From the NCBI GenBank assembly GCA_044347345.1, contig JBIKUX010000002.1, positions 32,001 through 96,000 on the forward strand: a stretch of DNA of 64,000 bases. The letters are read 5' to 3'. Positions 21,911 through 30,531 of this stretch are shown piece by piece. How positions within the stretch are numbered: the stretch's first letter is position 1; the number at the start of each line of letters is the position of its first letter. Made by a program: the position numbers and the translations under genes. A model generated the notes under the pieces. That model was not told the DNA's origin. It saw only the letters and a list, made by a program, of their open reading frames with translations, and did not search any database. This DNA comes from Bdellovibrionota bacterium. GTDB taxonomy: Bacteria > Bdellovibrionota_C > UBA2361 > JBIKUX01.

Positions 21911-24655
21911 ATGTCAAATATCAGTGAGAGTCTGGCTAACTCTGATGAACGCGAAGTTCAAACAACTACAATGAGCAAAGAGCGTCGTCGCTTGCGAGAA
22001 AGCGAACATAGGTTAAAAAACTGGTCTAGATGGGGTCCATTTCTTAGTGAAAGACAATGGGGTACTGTTCGAGAGGACTACTCCAATGATGGTTCTTGTT
22101 GGAATTATTTTCCGTATGATCATTCAATAAGTCGCGCATATCGGTGGGGAGAAGATGGATTACTTGGAATAACAGATCGTCAATGTAGACTGTGCTTTGG
22201 TTTTGCGTTCTGGAATCTTTCTGACTCACATTTAAAGGAACGTCTCTTTGGTCTTACAGGTCCTGAGGGAAATCACGGTGAAGACGTAAAAGAGTGTTAC
22301 TACTATCTTGACTCAACACCTACTTATTCATACTTTTCTTCACTATACAGATATCCTCAAAGTGCATTTCCGTATGAGCAACTACGAGTAGAGAATAGAA
22401 AACGAAGCAAACTGGATAATGAGTTTGAATTAACAGATACAACTGCATTCAATGAAAATAGATTTTTTGACATTCTAGTTGAATATGCAAAAGAATCTCC
22501 TGAAGACATTCTAATTAGACTTACCGTTACAAATAGAGGACCAGATTCATCATCATTATTTGTTATCCCACAATTATGGTTTAGAAATACCTGGTCGTGG
22601 GGCCGAGCTGGCGAGGGATATCTAAAAGATCCCCCTTCAATAACTAAAGGTCATCTAACAGGTTTATTCGTAGCTACTCACCCAACCCTTGGAACACGCT
22701 ACTTTTATGATGGGATAAACTCAAACGTAGATGAGTCTGGTAACTCTTTTGGCGAAGAGCTATTTACCGACAATATCACTAATATGGAGCGCCTATTCCA
22801 ATATGACTCTCCGTCTCCATACGTTAAAGATAGTTTTCATAGATATGTAGTTGAAGGCAAACGAGAATCAGTAAATCCTGAATTACAAGGTACAAAACTC
22901 GGAATAGTGCATCAATTAAATGTACCATCTGCTAGCTCTTTTGAACTCAAATTCAGATTGAAAAATTCGTGTGAACTCGAGCCAAAAAAATTATTTGACA
23001 CAAGTTTTACCGATACTTTTTCGCAACGTATAAAAGAGGCTGATGAATTCTATGATGAAATACTTCCGGCAAAATTAAGTTTAGATGATAGGCGCATAAT
23101 GCGGCAATCTTATGCTGGCCTACTTCATTCAAAACAATTTTATTATTTTTCTGTTAAGGAATGGCTGGAAGGAGATCCCACCCAACCAGCTCCTTCACCA
23201 GAGAGAAAAAAAGTCAGAAATACTCAATGGCGCCATCTCTATAACCGCGACTTAATTTCGATGCCAGACAAGTGGGAATACCCGTGGTATGCCGCATGGG
23301 ATCTTGCATTTCACATGATACCATTCGCTCGAATAGATCCTAATTTTGCAAAACGTCAATTAATTTTATTTCTTAGAGAATGGTATCTTCATCCTAATGG
23401 ACAAATACCCGCTTATGAGTTTGCCTTTTCTGATGTAAACCCGCCTGTACATGCTTGGGCATGTTGGCGTGTATACAAGATGACTTCACCTCAAGGAAAA
23501 CGGGATAAAACATTCTTATCCCGAGTCTTTCATAAACTCCTGGTTAACTTTACTTGGTGGGTAAATCAAAAAGATCTACTCGGAAATAACCTATTTTCCG
23601 GAGGCTTCTTAGGGCTGGATAACATAGGAGTGTTTGATCGGTCAGCTCCACTTCCTACAGGAGGCCATCTCGAACAAGCTGATGCAACCGCATGGATGGC
23701 ATTTTATTGTGGCACAATGTTATCAATGGCCTTGGAATTAGCTCGTGAAGATCCCGCTTACGGTGACGTAGCTTCAAAATTTTTTGAGCACTTTGTTGGT
23801 ATTACAGATGCTATTAATCATTTTTCAGGAACAGGGCTATGGGACCAACTAGATGGCTTTTATTATGATCAACTAAATGTTGAAGGTAGAGGAACACCTC
23901 TTCGCATTAGATCTCTTGTTGGATTGCTACCACTGATAGCTGTTGAAGTTCTTGACCACAGTGTTATAAAACGTCTATCAGGATTTCGTCAAAGAATGGA
24001 ATGGTTTCTTTCTCATCATTCTGAGCTTCGCCAACATGTTTCATTTACAAAGAATGAATTTTTTCCTGACGGTATATCTCTGCTTTCCATTCCATCAAGA
24101 GAACGACTTGAGCGCATGCTAAGATACCTATTTGATGAGCACGAGTTCTTTTCTCCTTACGGTATACGTTCTCTATCAAAAATTCACTCAAAATATCCTT
24201 ATATTTTTCAATTCAAAGATTCGCAATATTCCGTGCAATATACTCCTGGCGAATCTAACACCACAATGTTCGGTGGAAACTCAAATTGGCGTGGTCCGGT
24301 ATGGTTTCCAATAAATTATCTAATCATTGAAGCACTAGAGCGATATCATTATTTCTATCGTGATTCATTTATGATTGAAGTTCCACTAGGTTCAGGAAAT
24401 TTTATAAATCTCTTACAAGCATCTAAAATGCTCGCTTCAAGATTAACTAATCTTTTTAAAATTTCTGATGCCGGCTATAGGCCGTTTCAAGGAAATAATG
24501 AAAGATATAATTCAGATCCATTATGGAAAGATAACATCCTTTTTCATGAGTATTTTCATGGCGACACTGGTAAAGGTTTAGGTGCGTCTCATCAAACCGG
24601 CTGGACCGCTCTAGTAAATCGATGCTTTGAAAAGTTAGTAAAAGATAATTTATAG
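21911..24655 (+). CDS. GH63/MGH1-like glucosidase
   Basis: WGPFLSERQWGTVREDYS, MPDKWEYPWYAAWDLAFH, GGFLGLDNIG, GNSNWRGPVW, GASHQTGWT. Confidence 0.88.
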   Translation: MSNISESLANSDEREVQTTTMSKERRRLRESEHRLKNWSRWGPFLSERQWGTVREDYSNDGSCWNYFPYDHSISRAYRWGEDGLLGITDRQCRLCFGFAFWNLSDSHLKERLFGLTGPEGNHGEDVKECYYYLDSTPTYSYFSSLYRYPQSAFPYEQLRVENRKRSKLDNEFELTDTTAFNENRFFDILVEYAKESPEDILIRLTVTNRGPDSSSLFVIPQLWFRNTWSWGRAGEGYLKDPPSITKGHLTGLFVATHPTLGTRYFYDGINSNVDESGNSFGEELFTDNITNMERLFQYDSPSPYVKDSFHRYVVEGKRESVNPELQGTKLGIVHQLNVPSASSFELKFRLKNSCELEPKKLFDTSFTDTFSQRIKEADEFYDEILPAKLSLDDRRIMRQSYAGLLHSKQFYYFSVKEWLEGDPTQPAPSPERKKVRNTQWRHLYNRDLISMPDKWEYPWYAAWDLAFHMIPFARIDPNFAKRQLILFLREWYLHPNGQIPAYEFAFSDVNPPVHAWACWRVYKMTSPQGKRDKTFLSRVFHKLLVNFTWWVNQKDLLGNNLFSGGFLGLDNIGVFDRSAPLPTGGHLEQADATAWMAFYCGTMLSMALELAREDPAYGDVASKFFEHFVGITDAINHFSGTGLWDQLDGFYYDQLNVEGRGTPLRIRSLVGLLPLIAVEVLDHSVIKRLSGFRQRMEWFLSHHSELRQHVSFTKNEFFPDGISLLSIPSRERLERMLRYLFDEHEFFSPYGIRSLSKIHSKYPYIFQFKDSQYSVQYTPGESNTTMFGGNSNWRGPVWFPINYLIIEALERYHYFYRDSFMIEVPLGSGNFINLLQASKMLASRLTNLFKISDAGYRPFQGNNERYNSDPLWKDNILFHEYFHGDTGKGLGASHQTGWTALVNRCFEKLVKDNL

Positions 24656-24719
24656 ATCTATTAACATTGCTCATTTAGTACTAGAGACTACAAACAATTT
24701 AAAACTACTCTGGATAATT

Positions 24720-25964
24720 CTAAACAATGGTAGATGGAAAAACATCTAAAGCCTGACTAAGAAAAAGAATCTGCGTTGCTTTCCATATACTATTGGTATC
24801 ATATTTACCATGCAAAGCCCTTTCAATCTCCTCACCACAAATGAACGTGCCTTGCTTTTCCGCTAGTACCTGTACCAAATTCAAAAATACGTCACCTTGA
24901 AGTTGCGCTCGCCTTAATGACGAACCGGTAACTTCTATCATATCGGGAGAGATAATTCTTATGTCATGAGCCGCTAACCTAAAATGAAGGTCTCGCATCG
25001 AGCTAATCTGTAAAATAGCATCAGAACCCTCAATAGGATTCCTTTGAGAGAAAGAACGATTGAAGTCATCGCTCTTCACAAATAAAGACCTTCTAAAAGA
25101 TCGATCTTGCAAAAAATCTGCAATATTTTCTCGTTCCATCCAGTTATCACTTAAAGACTCTACTTTTTGAATATCTGCTTGACCTAGAGTATATCTCCAA
25201 TGAGTCCAAGGACGAGCATCACCAATATAAGCTAAATTCTTCTTCCAAGCTCGTTCAACAACATTTTTAAATTCAAAACCTATATTAACTGGAGCAAGAT
25301 ACTCATGAGCGATATAAGACAGAGGTTTCTGAGTCAAATTAGCGAGCTCACGCGAAAGTTGTGGACAAATACCAGGGCCATCTCTAAAAATTATTTCATA
25401 TTCTCTGGCAATCTGCTGTGCCAGTTCTACTCGTAATTTCAAATTGGACTTTAATTTTGCCGTTTTTGATAGAAGAAACTGTCTTACTGTTCCTTTTAAA
25501 TTCCAACCAGCAGCAATGTTGTAACTTAGAAATAAAACACCGCCACTTACAAGAGACTCTTTGGCAATATTTAAAATTGCTCTCTGAATATTTAAAGGCA
25601 CCCAGGAATATACTCCGTGCACGATGATAACATCGTAAGAGTTTGGTGGAAATTTATGTTTGTCTATATTAACTTTTTCAAAATGTAAATTAGATAAATT
25701 GGCCTGTTTTTTTCTCTGCTCAGCTTCTTCGAGCTGTTTGTATGAACAATCAACTCCGAAGACTGTTGCTTCCGGCATTGATTGGGCTATAATATGACAA
25801 TTTAGCCCCTTACCACATCCTAATTCTAAAATGCGGAGATTATCTTTATCTAAATCTGCCACTCCCCCATACATTTTTGTAAGAGTCCTTATCCAACGAG
25901 GAAAGGTCTCTGGAAAAGCAAATGATTCATACGGAAGCTCATCGTAGGTATTAGTTGCACCCAT
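24720..25964 (-). CDS. Class I SAM-dependent methyltransferase with methyltransferase-regulatory domain
   Basis: YDELPYES, ILELGCGKG, HGVYSWVP, SYN..GW, YIAHEYL, FRRSL. Confidence 0.85.
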   Translation of the reverse strand: MGATNTYDELPYESFAFPETFPRWIRTLTKMYGGVADLDKDNLRILELGCGKGLNCHIIAQSMPEATVFGVDCSYKQLEEAEQRKKQANLSNLHFEKVNIDKHKFPPNSYDVIIVHGVYSWVPLNIQRAILNIAKESLVSGGVLFLSYNIAAGWNLKGTVRQFLLSKTAKLKSNLKLRVELAQQIAREYEIIFRDGPGICPQLSRELANLTQKPLSYIAHEYLAPVNIGFEFKNVVERAWKKNLAYIGDARPWTHWRYTLGQADIQKVESLSDNWMERENIADFLQDRSFRRSLFVKSDDFNRSFSQRNPIEGSDAILQISSMRDLHFRLAAHDIRIISPDMIEVTGSSLRRAQLQGDVFLNLVQVLAEKQGTFICGEEIERALHGKYDTNSIWKATQILFLSQALDVFPSTIV

Positions 25965-26023
25965 AACTTTCTCATTCCTGTGGAATTAAAAAACACACAA
26001 AAGTACTATTTACTACTTTATTT

Positions 26024-28408
26024 CTAACCAGCTGCTGCTATTTTTCTTACTTGAGTTAAGTCGGTATGTCCCTCAACAAGCTTTAATAATCCGTCCTGTA
26101 GTAGAGTCCTCATACCCTCATTAATAGCTAGAGCTCTAAGCTCCTGTACAGTAGCTTTATGATAAATAAGTCGTCTCATAGTAGGACTTGTAGTAAGTAA
26201 TTCATGAATCCCCATACGACCACGGTACCCTGAATTACCACATAAATCACATCCCATGGGACGATAAAGTTGAGACTTACCAGGTGAAATTTTTAATTCT
26301 GATGAAATATCTTCCCCGTAGAGTCGAATTAACGTCTCATACTCTTTGTCACTTATTAAGTAAGGCTCCTTACACTTACTACATAAAGTTCTCACAAGTC
26401 TTTGAGCTACTACTCCAAGTAATGCATCTGAAAAACTAGCTGGATCAAGTCCGAGATCAAGAAGCCGAGTTATCGTTTCAGGAGCAGAATTTGTATGTAA
26501 TGTTGAAAGAACCAAATGGCCTGTTAATGAAGCTTCAACTCCAATATGAGCAGTCTCATGATCACGCATCTCACCAATCATAACTACATCAGGGTCAGCA
26601 CGAAGAAATGCCCTAAGAGCCGCAGCAAAATTAAATCCTATCTTTGGCGCTACAGCAACCTGACACAAGCCAGCTTGAGATATTTCAACTGGATCTTCAG
26701 CAGTCCATATCTTTCTTTCAGAAGTATTAAGATAACCTAGCACTGCATGAAGTGTTGTGGTCTTTCCTGACCCTGTAGGCCCAACTACCAAGAATAGTCC
26801 GTGCGGTATATTTATTAAATCCTTGAGCTTACGAAAATTCACTGAGCTAAGTGAGATCTTATCTAATGGTAGTGGTTCACCAGAAGCTAAAAGACGAAGT
26901 ACCGCAGCTTCTCCGGAAACAGTGGGAATAGTGGCAACACGAAGTTCAAGTAATTGACCACCAATCTTTAAAGACATTTTTCCATCTTGTGGCTTACGCC
27001 TTTCTGAAATATCAAGCTTGCTCATAATTTTAATTCGCGATATGAGAGCTCGTAAATGCGAAGGAGGAATTTGGGTAAGAACACGACATACACCATCAAC
27101 ACGTATTCTTATCTCAGCTGGAGATTTCCCATTTCCTGGCTCAATATGAATATCTGATGCTCGCGCCTCTCGTGCTTCAATAATTATCTGATTTGCAAGT
27201 TTAATAATCGTAGCATGGTTTTCTTCTTCAGTTATTTCTTCCTGCTGATCAACATCTAAGCTAATTCCCGTTTCCTCAGCAAGCTTTGTAACTAGAGATG
27301 ATGCTGACTTATTGAGATCTTCTCCTCCTGAAATCTGAGAAAGATAGCGATGAATATCCTCAATAAAGCCGACCTTAAATACATATCCTTCGGCGCTTAT
27401 TTGTCGCTGTATTTCCATCAAAAGCTGTGCACTTGATGGATCGTCAACTAAAATTGTAGCTTCGCCCGAAACAAAGGATATTGGTACCCATTTAAGAGTT
27501 TTTAAATAGCTAGATGACATCCCTTGGAAAAGTTCTGTTGGAACTTTAATTCTTGGATCAAAATCCATAAAAGGCACTTGGTAATATTGCTCCAGAGAGA
27601 GACCAAGTTCTTTTTTTGTTACTTTTCCTGAACGCAATAAAGCATCACGAATTGAGATTGATTCTCTTCGTGCGACTGCCTCAATCTCATTTAATTGTTC
27701 TTTATTTATTATTCCTTTTTGTAGCAAATACTCAAAAGGAGTTGATGTAGCACTAAGCTCAGAGCGGAATCGTTGAGCGATATGTCGAGCAATAAGCTCT
27801 GATTGATGAAAATCTGTCCTAGTAAATGAACCTCCACCGCGCTTGTTTAGAACCTGTAAAACACCTAGTAGCACATCGCGGTATTTAATAGGAATACAGA
27901 TTACAGATTCGGTACGAAATCCACTTTTTTTATCGAAAGAATGATTAAACCTTAAAAGTGGATGAATTTGCTTGAGGAACTCTACTTTACTTACATCGCT
28001 GATAAGCAACGGGCTTTGACTTAAGGCTACATATCCGGCAATTGATGAGGCATTTAATGGTACCCTAACCTCTGTTGGACGCTTATACTCACCAGAAATA
28101 AATTTTGAAACAATCTCTCGGTCATTTTTTCCCTTTTGATAGATGGTAAACCGCTCAGCATCCATTATTTTTAAAAGAGGCTCTTCTAATTTTCCTAATG
28201 CTTCAACAAAGTTATATGCCTCTTGAATCTGCCCCATAAGAATACTTAGATCCTCTATGGTGCTGTTAAGGTTTTCTAGTCTTTTAGTTTCTCGATGATT
28301 ATGTTCATCAGAACCAGAAGGGGTCTCTGTGCTTTGTGTATCTGACGTCATGTCACCCCTCATTAATCTTCCGTTAAAACTGATCTCATAAAAACAGTCT
28401 TTGCTCAC
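26024..28408 (-). CDS. GAF-domain PilB/GspE-family assembly ATPase (likely start ATG 28351)
   Basis: GAF (SIAGYVA, FDKKSGFRTESVICIPI, QVLNK..F...D); ASDIHIEP, GPTGSGKTTT, TAEDPVE, LRADPDVVMIGEMRD, TLHTNSA; tetracysteine CSKC/CDLC. Confidence 0.92.
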   Translation of the reverse strand: MSKDCFYEISFNGRLMRGDMTSDTQSTETPSGSDEHNHRETKRLENLNSTIEDLSILMGQIQEAYNFVEALGKLEEPLLKIMDAERFTIYQKGKNDREIVSKFISGEYKRPTEVRVPLNASSIAGYVALSQSPLLISDVSKVEFLKQIHPLLRFNHSFDKKSGFRTESVICIPIKYRDVLLGVLQVLNKRGGGSFTRTDFHQSELIARHIAQRFRSELSATSTPFEYLLQKGIINKEQLNEIEAVARRESISIRDALLRSGKVTKKELGLSLEQYYQVPFMDFDPRIKVPTELFQGMSSSYLKTLKWVPISFVSGEATILVDDPSSAQLLMEIQRQISAEGYVFKVGFIEDIHRYLSQISGGEDLNKSASSLVTKLAEETGISLDVDQQEEITEEENHATIIKLANQIIIEAREARASDIHIEPGNGKSPAEIRIRVDGVCRVLTQIPPSHLRALISRIKIMSKLDISERRKPQDGKMSLKIGGQLLELRVATIPTVSGEAAVLRLLASGEPLPLDKISLSSVNFRKLKDLINIPHGLFLVVGPTGSGKTTTLHAVLGYLNTSERKIWTAEDPVEISQAGLCQVAVAPKIGFNFAAALRAFLRADPDVVMIGEMRDHETAHIGVEASLTGHLVLSTLHTNSAPETITRLLDLGLDPASFSDALLGVVAQRLVRTLCSKCKEPYLISDKEYETLIRLYGEDISSELKISPGKSQLYRPMGCDLCGNSGYRGRMGIHELLTTSPTMRRLIYHKATVQELRALAINEGMRTLLQDGLLKLVEGHTDLTQVRKIAAAG

Positions 28409-28549
28409 TTATTTGCAAGCTAAAAACCTTAGTTTTTAGTACTTTTTATTTTTTATCTTTTAAATAATACTTACCAATCTCGTCAGCTTCCATATTATTC
28501 AGTCGAACAAGTAGTAACTTATCTTAACCCCTCATTATTGCTTTATTGG

Positions 28550-28581
28550 ATTTATAAGCTTTACTAAAAAAGCTTATAAAT
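28550..28581. repeat. 13-bp perfect inverted repeat in the cyclase/ATPase intergenic region
   Basis: ATTTATAAGCTTT-ACTAAA-AAAGCTTATAAAT. Confidence 0.75.
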
Positions 28582-28626
28582 ATTTTTAGGAAATTAAAGG
28601 CTTAGATAAAGATATTATCAGTGATA

Positions 28627-29553
28627 TCAAGAGGAAGAGGGAGAAACCCCGTAAAGAGTTACAGGCTCACTTTTCCCCTTTAACAAAACAAGCCCAAATG
28701 AAGTGAATACGAATAAATCTGAAACATGATCAAACACCTCTCCTGTAAGGAGAAGAGGACAACCAAGCTCTTTACATGTAGCTTCTACCCTAAAAGCAGT
28801 GTTTACTGCATCTCCCATAATGCTACTATCGCGCTGGGAGCTCCCTCCAACATTACTACTAGCAACTACACCTTCATGAATACCAATTCCAATTTGAAAA
28901 TTAAAAGCTTCTTTTGTAGATAGCTTCATTTCCTCAACTTTTTTCAATAGGTTCATCGCTACGGTAATGGCAGTTCGAGAAGCAGCCGACGGCGCCTTTT
29001 TATCGACGCGCCAGTACGCCATAAATGCATCACCTATGTATTTATCAACAACACCACCAGACTCGCTTACAATATCGTAAACCTCTCTAAACCAGCTTCC
29101 TAAAAAACGGGCAAGCTCTTCAGGAATTAAAAGCTCACTTAGGCGAGAAAAATTTCGTATATCACCAACCATCACTACAACTTGAGATACTCGCACTCCT
29201 ACCATAGTACGAAGCTCAATGTTACCTTTTAAAAGCTCTGATTTATGAACTTGCTGCTCAGGAAATTTAAAACGAAAAAGTACGGCACCAAGCAAAATTT
29301 CATCACCGTGATGCAAGGATGTCGGGGATATTAGAAGTTTAGAATTAAGATACGTGCCATTGGAGCTACCCAAATCAATAAGCACAAATTCATCTGCACC
29401 TTGTCGTCGTATCAGTGCATGCTGCCGTGATATCAAAAGGTCATCAGGAAAACTAATAGTGTTTTGTTTCAACCGACCAATCGTAGTTGAGCTTCCGAGC
29501 TCTATTTCGGAGTTTTTATCTTTTGAGACTAGTATTTGTAGGCTTGGTGCCAT
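28627..29553 (-). CDS. FHA-domain class III adenylate/guanylate cyclase
   Basis: FHA (TIGR, ISRQHA, DLGSSNGTYLN) plus cyclase core (GDIRNFS, DKYIGDAFM, GDAVNTAFRVE, LKGK). Confidence 0.93.
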   Translation of the reverse strand: MAPSLQILVSKDKNSEIELGSSTTIGRLKQNTISFPDDLLISRQHALIRRQGADEFVLIDLGSSNGTYLNSKLLISPTSLHHGDEILLGAVLFRFKFPEQQVHKSELLKGNIELRTMVGVRVSQVVVMVGDIRNFSRLSELLIPEELARFLGSWFREVYDIVSESGGVVDKYIGDAFMAYWRVDKKAPSAASRTAITVAMNLLKKVEEMKLSTKEAFNFQIGIGIHEGVVASSNVGGSSQRDSSIMGDAVNTAFRVEATCKELGCPLLLTGEVFDHVSDLFVFTSFGLVLLKGKSEPVTLYGVSPSSS

Positions 29554-29623
29554 GCTTGTCTAAGCCCTTCTCTCATCAATGGAGTAGTGACTGACTCCCA
29601 TGGCATATCGAACGATAGTAAAA

Positions 29624-30493
29624 TTAACTCAAGAAAAACGATCGCTTCTTAGAATCTGGAACAAAAATCATAATCAAACCACTTAAAGCATACGCTAGTG
29701 ATAATACAAATAATCCAACCTTATTATTATACCACAAAAGTCCTATTGCTACAGCAATAACAACTTGAGCAAAAGGGCGAGCTGAACGAAATCTAAACTG
29801 TTTAATACTAAGATATTCAATTCGAGAGACCATTAAAAAAGAAAGCGATAATAACAGTGCCGAAACAGCGCCAAGAACCGCAAGTGAGGAATGCCAAGTT
29901 GGTTGAAAGTGAACCATAGCTGCTACTACTCCAGCTGCGCCAGGAGAGGGGAGTCCATGAAATTTATCTAAATTCGGATCACTTATATTAAAACGAGCAA
30001 GCCGCGTAGCAGCTGCAACAGAAAAGAGAAATGTAACAAGAACTCCAAATTCATCCGCTGCTATGCGATAGCACCAATGGTAAACTAAGATAGCTGGAGC
30101 CAATCCAAAAGATACGAGATCACAAAAAGAATCAAATTCTACTCCAAACTTAGACGTAGCATTTAAACGGCGTGCTACTCTTCCGTCTAAGCCATCGAGC
30201 AATATTGCTATGCCTATCGCTACCGAGGCCTGAAAAAATCGCCCTGATGCAGCATAAACTATGGCAAGAAATCCGCAGAACATATTACCGACGGTAACAC
30301 TGTTTGGAATAAGATATCGTCGACGATAAAGGGTGTCAGCCAGTTGCTGCCGCCTCACCCTTTGACCCTGACGATTCCGATTTTTGAAACGTTCGGATTC
30401 TTGATTCGCTTCACTGGTTGACGATGATAATGATGAGACTGTTAAAGTCATTGAAGGTTTTGACGTTTGAATATTTGAAGGTAACACAGTCAT
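29624..30493 (-). CDS. pssA: CDP-diacylglycerol--serine O-phosphatidyltransferase
   Basis: IPNSVT, DGLDGRVAR..FGVEFDSFCDLVSFG, RLARFN, GLPSP. Confidence 0.93.
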   Translation of the reverse strand: MTVLPSNIQTSKPSMTLTVSSLSSSTSEANQESERFKNRNRQGQRVRRQQLADTLYRRRYLIPNSVTVGNMFCGFLAIVYAASGRFFQASVAIGIAILLDGLDGRVARRLNATSKFGVEFDSFCDLVSFGLAPAILVYHWCYRIAADEFGVLVTFLFSVAAATRLARFNISDPNLDKFHGLPSPGAAGVVAAMVHFQPTWHSSLAVLGAVSALLLSLSFLMVSRIEYLSIKQFRFRSARPFAQVVIAVAIGLLWYNNKVGLFVLSLAYALSGLIMIFVPDSKKRSFFLS

Positions 30494-30531
30494 GATTCTT
30501 TTCTCATCTTAAATTTAAGGTTTGTCGCCTA

